Source: Pseudobdellovibrionaceae bacterium (GTDB lineage: Bacteria > Bdellovibrionota > Bdellovibrionia > Bdellovibrionales > Bdellovibrionaceae). From it: 32,668 bases of DNA. The notes beneath the pieces were generated by a model. The model did not search any database. It was not told the DNA's origin and saw only the letters and a list, made by a program, of their open reading frames with translations. This document shows positions 8,424 through 17,051 of the stretch, one piece after another. Both the position numbers and the translations under genes were made by a program. Location: the NCBI GenBank assembly GCA_044359815.1, contig JBIKLL010000024.1:1-32668 (forward strand), in the 5' to 3' direction. Each line of letters starts with the position of its first letter. Position 1 is the stretch's first letter.

Positions 8424-10175
8424 ATGATTTTAGAACTTTTTATAAGCCTTACCTTACAAGCCAAAGAAACCAAAAGTTTATGCGAAGACATTGCGACCTT
8501 CACCTGCAAGTCCATCAAAATTGACGATGGAACAGGTTTTGTCGATCCTTCAAAGAACATCATTCAAAAGGCTCATGATTTTTATTATGGAATGACTGAA
8601 CAAACCAAACTGCTGTTATCCAAAGAAATTAATTCTGATGAAAATCTGGAAATGCGTCCACAGCTGATTGAACTATTGGATTTAGCCCAGGACCTTCCCT
8701 GCTACAAAAATAAAACATTAAAAGACAAACAAGAATGCGATGAAAAAATCATCCGTAGGCTGGTGCAGTTTGCAAATCCCTTTATCGATGACATTGAAAA
8801 AATATCTTTGATGTATCAGGGATCAAAAAAACTGGATAGCGAAAACAAGACTGCCAATTTTCAAGTCCTGGCAGCAAATCCAAAATTGCAAAAAATTTCT
8901 GAAAAGGTAAAAAACCTTTTGGCTGAGGAAAACCGAAAATCCCTTGTGCTTGCAAACATTCGTGATTCGGTTTTCCCAAAGGTTAAAGAGCTTTTGATTG
9001 AACGGGTTAAAAAAATTGATTTAGAAGCCTACGAAAAAACCATGATGGTGAAACGTTTAAACAACGTAAAATTTGGCGGATTTTCCTGCCAAAAATACAA
9101 CGACTTTTTACAGCAGAATTTTGTTTCGGACTTGTACTGGGACGAAACCTCCAATGAACTGACGGTTTGTCCCGGTTTTGTAAATGGCAGAACCAGTCAG
9201 TTTTCAATTGGTTTTTCTGTAGCCCGAGAAATTTCTAAAACCATTTCGCCCCATCAATGGGCGAAACGCACAGATGCTTCATTAGTCAGTGAAAATAAAA
9301 TTTCACAGATTGAGCAAAAATACCCGGTGAACGAACTGCCAATGTGTTTGCGATTGAACTCCAGCGTTTTTGCCAGGGAATCAATCCCTTATTTTGGCGG
9401 AGATCAATTGTCTGAAGCGACTTCTGATTGGTGGGCGGCTGAAATTATCGCCAAATATGTAGAGAGCCTACCAAGGGTAGCTAATCAAAAAATATTTTAT
9501 GATTATGGTTATTCTAATATTTTAAGGGGCCAAGATTGCCGCGAATCAAAATTTTATTCTCCTTACCCTGATGTGCAGGTCAGAACCAATGCTCTGTTAA
9601 GGGTTCAACCTAAAATCAGAAGTCATTTAAAATGCGCAGCCATCAAGCCGACCGAGGAATACCAATACTGTTCATCGGATTCAGCTGTGGATAAATCCAA
9701 CATGGCTACTACGGATTCATCTGAGTCTGGCGATGTCGCTGCAGCGGCGGGCGCTGGCACTGATGCTGCCGCAGCGGCAGAGGCTTCTGGCAAGCCATCA
9801 GATCTGACTGCAAAATCAAATGATGGAAACAGTTTTGTGAATGAAGGCGGCAGAAGTCCCGCCAGTATAAATAATGCAGCTATTAGCGCTACAGTGGGCG
9901 CAACGGTTGGAACTACGACTGGAGCCTCTGCACTGAGTGGCGCTGCAGCTGAAGCCTCTAAATCTGGTTCAGAAAATTTAGCAGTGCCTCCAGTGGGTCC
10001 CGAACGCGATCCGGCCTCTGTATTGAATGATCCTTTAGATGCTCCAATTGTTAGCAAATCACGTGATTACTCTAACACTCCGACAGTCAAATGGGGCGAA
10101 GCCGATGTGCCGCTAGAGCAAACTGTTGAAAGAAATTTGCCAATGGGACCGCTGGAAGAAGAAGCAGCACCTTAA
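8424..10175 (+). CDS. Secreted Cys-rich protein, possible inactive zinc-metallopeptidase homologue, with Ala/Ser/Gly-rich disordered C-tail
   Basis: 583-aa ORF with a short hydrophobic N-terminus; AREISKTISP and SEATSDWWAAE sit where gluzincin HExxH and ExxxD motifs are expected; low-complexity tail. Confidence 0.6.
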   Translation: MILELFISLTLQAKETKSLCEDIATFTCKSIKIDDGTGFVDPSKNIIQKAHDFYYGMTEQTKLLLSKEINSDENLEMRPQLIELLDLAQDLPCYKNKTLKDKQECDEKIIRRLVQFANPFIDDIEKISLMYQGSKKLDSENKTANFQVLAANPKLQKISEKVKNLLAEENRKSLVLANIRDSVFPKVKELLIERVKKIDLEAYEKTMMVKRLNNVKFGGFSCQKYNDFLQQNFVSDLYWDETSNELTVCPGFVNGRTSQFSIGFSVAREISKTISPHQWAKRTDASLVSENKISQIEQKYPVNELPMCLRLNSSVFARESIPYFGGDQLSEATSDWWAAEIIAKYVESLPRVANQKIFYDYGYSNILRGQDCRESKFYSPYPDVQVRTNALLRVQPKIRSHLKCAAIKPTEEYQYCSSDSAVDKSNMATTDSSESGDVAAAAGAGTDAAAAAEASGKPSDLTAKSNDGNSFVNEGGRSPASINNAAISATVGATVGTTTGASALSGAAAEASKSGSENLAVPPVGPERDPASVLNDPLDAPIVSKSRDYSNTPTVKWGEADVPLEQTVERNLPMGPLEEEAAP

Positions 10176-10272
10176 AGCATAAAGCGGAGCAATCATCATA
10201 TAGAGCATCTGTCATTGAACTTAATATGATATGCGCAAAAATCATTTTTATTAGTAACTTAAAAAACTAAAC

Positions 10273-10362
10273 TCAACCGCGCCAGTTGTTGTGTGCGCGG
10301 CAAAGCAGTCGCAGGTTTTCTGGTTTATGATTTGGTCATTAACCGCGCCATTTGTTATGCGC
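10273..10362 (-). repeat. Orphan copies of the 3' end of the adjacent HNH gene
   Basis: 10329..10273 reads HKPENLRLLCRAHNNWRG*, identical in peptide to 10431..10375; 10362..10339 reads AHNKWRG*. Confidence 0.9.
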
Positions 10363-10374
10363 GACCGTCGCGGT

Positions 10375-11476
10375 CTACCCCCGCCAATTGTTATGCGCTC
10401 TACAAAGAAGTCTTAGGTTTTCTGGTTTATGGCTGCCACCATCGGCAAAACGATGAATGTGATCAATCTGCAATTGGTGTTTTGATTCACATTTTTTGCC
10501 TGTGACTGTGTTTTGGTACTGGCAACTGCCATTATCTCGGCTCCAGATAATTTTTCGCACTTTCGTCGCGATGTATCTGCTGGGTGAGGGATGCTGCTGT
10601 AAACCATTCTCTGTGCTAGTATTGGAGTTGGGTGAGTGATTTAATTCTTTATTCTGAGCACTTTTATTTACTCCGGCGCCGGAGTGAGTGGGCTTATATT
10701 TGATTTGAGGTACAAGATCAAAGAACGCAATCTGATTAACTTTATTGTCAGATTTTTTGTTCACTTTAGCGTGCTCTATTCTTGAGGAGTTTTTCACTCC
10801 GGCGCAAGAAAAGGTTGGATTATTTTTGATTTCAGAAGTGATCTCTGCAGTTTTGCCTTTTTGCTTAAAATCATTGTAAAGCTTTTCGACCAGAAGCTGC
10901 ATCAGGCTTCTGATGTTTTTATCTGGCAACTGATGAGACAAAAGATTTTGCAGTTCGGTGATTTTAGTTTTTAAATCAGAGCTGATCACAAATTTAATCT
11001 CTGTAAATTCCTCAGTCAGAGGTCGCAGGCGTTCAGAGTGTTTGACAGACTCTGGACGTAATTTCACCAGCTCAAGTTCTGCTTCGCGAGAGGATTTGTT
11101 TTCAAGGTTTTGCAGAATTTGTTTTTTCTGTTCGGTTTTTAATTTGTTTCCGGTTACGGATTCTTCTTTTTTGAAAAAGCTTTGAGCCTGAGCAACCACA
11201 GTCAGTTTCAAGCTGCCATTCTGGATTTTGGTTTTTACTTCAGGAATCTGCTGGATTAGTCGGGCTGCAGAAATCCGTCGCATGGCGCTGGCGGGTTCAT
11301 AACCCAGATCTTTGGTTACAAAATCAAACAAACTGCCAAAGCTGTCTGCGTATCACTTCTTGGATCAGTTCAATGACTTCCAGTGTGAGCTGCTGCTCGG
11401 TTTTGGCTCGCGACCTGATGGTTTGCAGCAAGCTTTCGTCGGTAAGAATTTTGTTTTGTTGGGATTTTTCTGTCAT
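10375..11476 (-). pseudogene. Large DUF222-like/HTH + HNH endonuclease gene, frameshifted near codon 48
   Basis: RBS AAAGGA and ATG at 11476 give MTEKSQQNKILTDESLL...EVIRRQL. The frame then changes near 11335-11340 to FGSLFDFVTKDLGYEPASAMRRISAARL...SRYIATKVRKIIWSRDNGSCQY...C...LQIDHIHRFADGG...NLRLLCRAHN. Confidence 0.8.
10668..10708. repeat. 41-bp repeat containing perfect palindrome ACTCCGGCGCCGGAGT (copy inside HNH CDS)
   Basis: Identical to 12144-12184; degenerate copies at 10796-10833 and 11986-12025; palindrome core also at 26104-26119. Confidence 0.9.
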
Positions 11477-11500
11477 TGGGTAGTCCTTTCTGTGGGTTTG

Positions 11501-11570
11501 TTTCTGTTTCTGTTTCTGTTTCTGTTTCTGTTTCTGTTTCTGTTTCTGTTTCTGTTTCTGTTTCTGTTTC
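11501..11570. repeat. Hexanucleotide microsatellite (TTTCTG)x11.7
   Basis: Direct reading; lies just 5' of the RBS of the HNH gene on the minus strand. Confidence 0.97.
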
Positions 11571-11844
11571 ACGAATGTATAACATGGGTTTTCTGGGCTC
11601 ATTTTTCGTGGTTTAAATATTCTGCAAGAAGCGATCGCTAAAAAATATTTTGATCACTAGGACTTCTTTTGCTCGCTCAATGTGGCTAATTTTGGAGAGT
11701 TTTAAGCGCAGACTAATTGATTTTTAAGATCTGGCCAGGAACAAAACAAAAAATTCCAAAAAGCACGTCAAGAGAAATAAAAAAATAGTTTATATTTAGC
11801 GCGGTCAGTAATTTACTTATTGAGTTTCCAATTATTCAGGGAAA

Positions 11845-11968
11845 AATACTTTAATACTTTAATACCTTAATACTTTAATACTTTAATACTTTAATACCTT
11901 AATACTTTAATACTTTAATACTTTAATACTTTAATACTTTAATACTTTAATACCTTAATACTTTAATA
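11845..11968. repeat. Octanucleotide tandem repeat (AATACYTT)x15.5
   Basis: AATACTTT units, with the AATACCTT variant at units 3, 7 and 14. Confidence 0.97.
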
Positions 11969-11985
11969 ATTCAGCAATTCAGATC

Positions 11986-12025
11986 ACTCCGGCGCTGGAG
12001 TAAGTGGGATTATATTGGAATTGAG
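11986..12025. repeat. Degenerate copy of the ACTCCGGCGCCGGAGT repeat
   Basis: ACTCCGGCGCTGGAGTAAGTGGGATTATATTGGAATTGAG aligns without gaps to the 10670 copy. Confidence 0.85.
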
Positions 12026-12143
12026 AGAAATCTTTTAGAGAGAGTATTGGATATATCTTTTCATACCATTTGATAAATATCTATATTTAGGTCGTTAAAC
12101 GGCAGACAAGCAAATGGCCTCCGAAATTGCTGATTTAATATTC

Positions 12144-12184
12144 TTACTCCGGCGCCGGAGTGAGTGGGCTTATATTTGATTTGA
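12144..12184. repeat. 41-bp repeat with ACTCCGGCGCCGGAGT palindrome (intergenic copy)
   Basis: TTACTCCGGCGCCGGAGTGAGTGGGCTTATATTTGATTTGA, identical to 10668-10708. Confidence 0.92.
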
Positions 12185-12309
12185 AGTTCATTTAAAAAGA
12201 CTAGTCAAACTCTGGCTTCGAATCAGTCTGGAAAAACAGTTATCAAGAAGAGTATTGCTATAGAAAATCATAAAGCAACCTGACACCCAAAAATGAAATT
12301 ACAGATTAA

Positions 12310-14322
12310 TTACCTACTAGGATAATAAAGCCGATTGTCCCACATGCCCTGACTGAAATACTGCAAGGTTGCTTTTTGGATTTTCTCAATTTTGTCCCTA
12401 ATCTCAGCTTCGTTAGCTTTTGCATTGCCAACTTCAGCCTTAACACTGCCTCCACCGGATATAAAACTTCCCCTACCTTCAGCACTGCCACTGCCGCCAT
12501 TCCCAACGGCCCCAGCCCCAGCACCGCCACCAGCAACCCCACCAATCGCTGACTTCATATCCAAATCACTGAGCCGAAACATCTCGGGATTTTTCCCACG
12601 GACCCACCTTAAAACATGATTATCAAAAACAGTGTAATATGCCCCCTCATCATACAGGGTCACACTGCGTGCGCCTTCGATAAAAACCGATCGGCCCAAA
12701 TAATTATTATCCTTAACGGGCACATTTAAAAAATCCAAAATACTGGGCAGTATATCAATCTGACTGACTGGTTCAGTGACCTTGATTTTAGCCAAATCAA
12801 CACTTGGATGAAAAAACATAATTGGAATTCTAAATTTACCCAAAGTATTTTTAAAATCGGGTCGTAGATTTTTATAGGTGTGATCAGCACTGACTACAAA
12901 CAAAGTGTCCTTGTACCAACTTTGGGTTTCACAATATTCAAAAAATTTCTTCAGTGCAAAATCGGCATAGCCAACGCTTTCCAGTATATCTAAATCACCT
13001 TTTGGAAATTGATTCTGATTTGCCACTGGGATTTTAAACGGATGATGCGAGCTCAATGTAAATACACTGGCAAAAAACGGCCCTGAAAACTCAGATATTT
13101 TTTGCGCTGACCACAGCATAAAGGGCTCATCCCAAATCCCCCAAGTCCCATCATAATCTGATTTTACAGGGTATTCATTCAATCCATAATATTGATTAAC
13201 CCCAGCACTTTGCATAAAACGATCAAAATACATTGTTCCATTTTTGGCTCCATGAAAAAACGCTGATGAATACCCCCGCTCAGCCAGCAAACTACCAATC
13301 CCCCAAAAATAATTTGAAACATATTGAGAATTAATAAAGCTTTCTGCCATCAACGATGGGATTCCAGCCATCACCGAGGCGATTCCCTCAATTGAACGTC
13401 TGGAATTTGCGTAAGCATTCTCTAAAAACAACGACCTTCCGGCCATCTGATCCAAAAACGGAGTAAAGCCTTTGTCCCCAAAGGGCTTCCCCATATAATC
13501 ATAATTAAAACTTTCTAAAATAATTAAAACCACATTCTGAGGTTTGCTTGGACGCAATCCCTGCAACACATTTTTCCCCTGCACCGAGCCATTCAGATAC
13601 TGTAGCAATTCCTGGGTTGATGCAAAATACTGATCCCTTTCCAGAGGAATCCTTTTAATGGTTTGTAAAACCGAAAACCCCGTATTGGTCACTGCCATAT
13701 TTAATGCTGGCGCTGAAAACACCTGTGCGTGAGCAAAGTTGAGGGGTTTGCTTTGCAGCCCCCCACGGGCAGCAATAACAATTGCGATAAAAATCCCCGC
13801 TAAAACGATTCCCAGTTTTCTGGCAGGCATCTGCACCAGCTTCAACCGTTGCCAAATAAACCGGATCAAAAATAAATATCCAATAAAAATTAAAACTGAA
13901 ACTGCAAAAAGCTTCCAAGCATACAAGACTGTTTTTAGACCCGCAGCCCCTGGCTGAATTTCGGCAAATAACTGAAAGGTATGAAAAGTCATCCGGCGGC
14001 CCAAAAAATGGATAAATTCGCTGTCACTAAAATTGACTGCCAACAAGGGAAATTGAAAAATAAAAAACACAGCAACCATGGCCGTAAATACTTTTGGTGA
14101 ATTTCTGAAATACAGTCCGACTAAAACCACCAAAAATGCTGGCAGCGATAAAATGGCAATCGCGGACAGATCAAAACGCAAACCAACCAATAGCGTCAGC
14201 AGCAAAGTGGACCAAGCCTGATCTGAAAACATATTGGAATTATAGACTAAAAATATAATCCTTTGCGCCTGATACAAAACCAGGGTGCAAGCAATCAGAT
14301 TTAAAAGCAAAATCACATGCAT
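12310..14322 (-). CDS. LTA-synthase/OpgB-like sulfatase-family membrane protein
   Basis: About five N-terminal TM helices (GLRFDLS, ARGGLQ), then an alkaline-phosphatase fold: NVVLIILESF, RSIEG, LSSHHPF, SADH, SQIDILPSIL. Confidence 0.9.
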   Translation of the reverse strand: MHVILLLNLIACTLVLYQAQRIIFLVYNSNMFSDQAWSTLLLTLLVGLRFDLSAIAILSLPAFLVVLVGLYFRNSPKVFTAMVAVFFIFQFPLLAVNFSDSEFIHFLGRRMTFHTFQLFAEIQPGAAGLKTVLYAWKLFAVSVLIFIGYLFLIRFIWQRLKLVQMPARKLGIVLAGIFIAIVIAARGGLQSKPLNFAHAQVFSAPALNMAVTNTGFSVLQTIKRIPLERDQYFASTQELLQYLNGSVQGKNVLQGLRPSKPQNVVLIILESFNYDYMGKPFGDKGFTPFLDQMAGRSLFLENAYANSRRSIEGIASVMAGIPSLMAESFINSQYVSNYFWGIGSLLAERGYSSAFFHGAKNGTMYFDRFMQSAGVNQYYGLNEYPVKSDYDGTWGIWDEPFMLWSAQKISEFSGPFFASVFTLSSHHPFKIPVANQNQFPKGDLDILESVGYADFALKKFFEYCETQSWYKDTLFVVSADHTYKNLRPDFKNTLGKFRIPIMFFHPSVDLAKIKVTEPVSQIDILPSILDFLNVPVKDNNYLGRSVFIEGARSVTLYDEGAYYTVFDNHVLRWVRGKNPEMFRLSDLDMKSAIGGVAGGGAGAGAVGNGGSGSAEGRGSFISGGGSVKAEVGNAKANEAEIRDKIEKIQKATLQYFSQGMWDNRLYYPSR

Positions 14323-14402
14323 GCCTGGTATTTTTGAATGAAATCATTCCTAAATCAAAGTCAATCGTGACAAATACCATCGCATTAGTTAAAACCAGGC
14401 CT

Positions 14403-14630
14403 ATGACACAGGAACAAATGATCCACAGACTCAAAGCAGCCTATACTGATGGCTCCATTCAGGTAACCGACCTAACAGGAACCTCAGATCACTGGGACGT
14501 TGTGATCGAATCCAGCGTGTTTAAGGGAATGAGTCGTGTCCAACAACACCAGCATGTGATGTCTCAGTTTGCCAAAGAGTTGAAAACTGGCGAGGTCCAT
14601 GCTTTAACTATCGTTACAAAGATTATTTGA
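14403..14630 (+). CDS. bolA: BolA/IbaG family protein
   Basis: DLTGTSDHWDVVIESSVFKGMSRVQQHQHV...EVHALTI; start placed at ATG 14403 rather than the track's 14334; adjacent to a monothiol glutaredoxin. Confidence 0.9.
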   Translation: MTQEQMIHRLKAAYTDGSIQVTDLTGTSDHWDVVIESSVFKGMSRVQQHQHVMSQFAKELKTGEVHALTIVTKII

Positions 14631-14736
14631 TTGGTTTTTGTTGATTCAAACAAAATTGAATCTTGAAAAGGAACGATTAAATAACTTAATAAGAACCTAG
14701 AAAAGAACCTAGAAAAGAACTTAAAGAGGATTAAAA

Positions 14737-15045
14737 ATGAGCACTAAAGAAAAAATCGAAAATATCTTAACCACCAACAAAGTCGTTTTGTTTATGAAGG
14801 GCTCACCACAATCACCCATGTGTGGATTTAGCGCACGAGCAAGTGCTATATTGGCTGATTTAGGCGTGCAGTTTCACCACATTGACGTGTTGTCTGATCC
14901 CGAAATTCGCGAAGGCATCAAGGTTTACGGCAACTGGCCAACCATTCCTCAGTTGTACATCAATAAGCAATTAATTGGTGGCAGCGATATTATGATGGAA
15001 ATGTACGAAACCGGCGAACTGCAAACAGTTGTTAAAGCTGTTTAA
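14737..15045 (+). CDS. grxD: Monothiol glutaredoxin (Grx4)
   Basis: VVLFMKGSP, CGFS, WPTIPQLY, GGSDI; RBS GAGGA. Confidence 0.96.
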   Translation: MSTKEKIENILTTNKVVLFMKGSPQSPMCGFSARASAILADLGVQFHHIDVLSDPEIREGIKVYGNWPTIPQLYINKQLIGGSDIMMEMYETGELQTVVKAV

Positions 15046-16418
15046 AAAATCTTACCAGGATTAATAATGTTGTCGGGATCAAATATTTTTTTGATCCCTT
15101 TCATAATCTGAATTTCTGACTGACTTCTGCTAAATTGCAAAAACGGCTTTTTTGTTAAACCAACGCCATGTTCGGCTGAAATACTGCCAGCAAACTTCTG
15201 AATTTCCTGAAAAATCAAAACATCAACTTTTTGACAATCTTTAACAAAATCTTCTTTGCTCATACCGTCTGGACGCAAAATATTTAAATGTAAATTTCCG
15301 TCACCAATGTGGCCAAACCAGACGACTTCCCATTTAGGATAATTGGCCTTGATGATTTTGTCCAAGCTGTTCATAAATCCCGGAACCTGATCGATCTGCA
15401 CACTGATATCGTTTTTATAGGGGGAAAATTTGGATAAAGATTCGCTGATGTCCTCGCGAAACCGCCAAAAAGTTTTTGCCTGGGATGCCGACTGAGCAAC
15501 GACCCCATCAGTGATCCAATCTTTTTCCAAACACTCCTCAAAGGCTTTCATTATTTTATCTTCGTCATCTGTCGAAAATTTTTCGACCTCTGCCACGATA
15601 TAAAAGGGATAGGCTTTATCAAATGGGGAACTTAGTTTCATAGCGCCAATGACCTTTTGCAAAGCCAAATCAGAAAAAAACTCAAAGGCCGTCAGCGATA
15701 CATGATTTTTAAACTGGGCAAACACCTTCATTAAATTTTGTAAATCATTGACCGCCATCAACAACACCTGTTGCTCTTGAGGCTTAGGAATCAATTGCAC
15801 AGTGGCCTCGACCACAAAACCCAATGTTCCCTCGCTGCCAATAAACAAATGGCGCAGATCATAGCCCGTGGCATTTTTAACCAAGTTATTGTTCAGGGAC
15901 AACAGCTCGCCAGTACCAGTGACGACTTTTAGGCCCGTTATCCAATTGCGGGTCAAACCGTATCGCAAAACCTTGATACCGCCTGCGTTGGTCGCGATGT
16001 TTCCACCCATTTGGCTGGACCCCCTGGCGGCAAAATCGACGGGATAAAATAAATTATTTTCCAATGCAAAATTTTGCAGGGCCTCGGTCACAACACCAGG
16101 CTGAACAGTCACTGTGTTATCCACAGGATTCAGTTTAGAAATTTTATTCATCCGATCAAAAGAAACTACGATTTCACCATTGGTCGCAACAGCCGCACCC
16201 GAAAGCCCGGTTCGGCCTCCGCTGGGGACTAATCCGACTTTGTGAGTCCTGGCCCATTTAACTATTTGAACAACCTGATCTGCCGTTTCTGGAAACACAA
16301 TTGCTGAAGCATTGATATCAAAGTAGGTTGTCCAATCCCTGCCCCATTTTGCAGTGGACTGAGGATCAGTTAAAATTTGTTTGTCGTTTAAAAATGATTT
16401 CAGTTCATCCAGTTTCAT
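15042..16418 (-). CDS. FAD-binding oxidoreductase (VAO/PCMH family), D-2-hydroxyglutarate/D-lactate dehydrogenase-like
   Basis: PSGGRTGLSG, GGNIATNAGG, KNATGYDL..LFIGSEGTLG, FGHIGDGNLH, SISAEHGVG, FDPDNIINPGK. Confidence 0.92.
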   Translation of the reverse strand: MKLDELKSFLNDKQILTDPQSTAKWGRDWTTYFDINASAIVFPETADQVVQIVKWARTHKVGLVPSGGRTGLSGAAVATNGEIVVSFDRMNKISKLNPVDNTVTVQPGVVTEALQNFALENNLFYPVDFAARGSSQMGGNIATNAGGIKVLRYGLTRNWITGLKVVTGTGELLSLNNNLVKNATGYDLRHLFIGSEGTLGFVVEATVQLIPKPQEQQVLLMAVNDLQNLMKVFAQFKNHVSLTAFEFFSDLALQKVIGAMKLSSPFDKAYPFYIVAEVEKFSTDDEDKIMKAFEECLEKDWITDGVVAQSASQAKTFWRFREDISESLSKFSPYKNDISVQIDQVPGFMNSLDKIIKANYPKWEVVWFGHIGDGNLHLNILRPDGMSKEDFVKDCQKVDVLIFQEIQKFAGSISAEHGVGLTKKPFLQFSRSQSEIQIMKGIKKIFDPDNIINPGKIF

Positions 16419-16422
16419 AATT

Positions 16423-16776
16423 TTAATTTTTAATAGCTAAAATGCTTTTACCAATGGGATCTGTTTTTAAATTTAATGTTTTTTCCTCTGAGTAGGCCTC
16501 ATACATTCTTTGCAGCAGAACCACGGCCTGATCAAACAAAATCGTTTTTCGCGAGTCTGGATTTTTAGCAAAGCCTTCCATTTTTTCTGAAATCACACTG
16601 ACATCAGGAAAACCATAGGTTTTACCCGTTCCCTTAAGTTTGTGATATTCGTGCATCAAAGCTTCCCAGTTTTTGCTTTCTGTTAATCTTTTTAACAATT
16701 CTATTTTTTTAGGAAAGGCTTTTAAATAGTCTTTTTTTAATTCTGATAATACTTGTGATAGCTGTGGTTTTTCCAT
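16423..16776 (-). CDS. Standalone Hpt (histidine phosphotransfer) protein
   Basis: HKLKGTGKTYGF motif in a 117-aa helical protein. Confidence 0.88.
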   Translation of the reverse strand: MEKPQLSQVLSELKKDYLKAFPKKIELLKRLTESKNWEALMHEYHKLKGTGKTYGFPDVSVISEKMEGFAKNPDSRKTILFDQAVVLLQRMYEAYSEEKTLNLKTDPIGKSILAIKN

Positions 16777-16779
16777 ATC

Positions 16780-16989
16780 TCACTCTGGCGGCACCATGGG
16801 TCTATCGTCAAATCTAAAAGTTCTGATTTTAAAATAGGCATAAAATGCGCACCATGCCCAGCTGGAGGACAATATTAAATAGACCCCGGAATAACTCCAC
16901 CACGGGCCACCGGCCACAGCCCAGGAAGTAAAAATAACTCCAAAAATAAATCTAAGAATTCGATCCCAAAGGGCCACATTGATTTTCAT
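16780..16989 (-). CDS. DUF2892/YgaP-like small membrane protein
   Basis: MKINVALWDRILRFIFG...WCAFY..FKIRT fits the N-x-G-x-x-DR...C-P-x-Y pattern loosely; two TM segments. Confidence 0.75.
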   Translation of the reverse strand: MKINVALWDRILRFIFGVIFTSWAVAGGPWWSYSGVYLILSSSWAWCAFYAYFKIRTFRFDDRPMVPPE

Positions 16990-17051
16990 AATTTATGCTC
17001 TCTTGTGTAAAGCCTAGCATTGTTTAAATCTTTCTGTCATTGTTAAGCAAC

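Noticed and set aside
10273..10431. Diversity-generating retroelement TR/VR pair
   Set aside because: Differences are not adenine-specific, are all synonymous, and no reverse transcriptase is in the window.
11320..11350. Programmed ribosomal frameshift in the HNH gene
   Set aside because: No X XXY YYZ slippery heptamer, and residues appear to be missing, so a deletion fits better.
11312..11641. ORFs with (LF)n, (QK)n or (ET)n tracts
   Set aside because: Translations of the hexamer microsatellite; only the part from ATG 11476 is HNH coding sequence.
11845..11968. CRISPR array
   Set aside because: Contiguous 8-mers without spacers; no cas genes.
14691..14722. AAGAACCTAGAA x2.7 upstream of grxD as a regulatory repeat
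   Set aside because: Real but short; consistent with local slippage, with no evidence of function.
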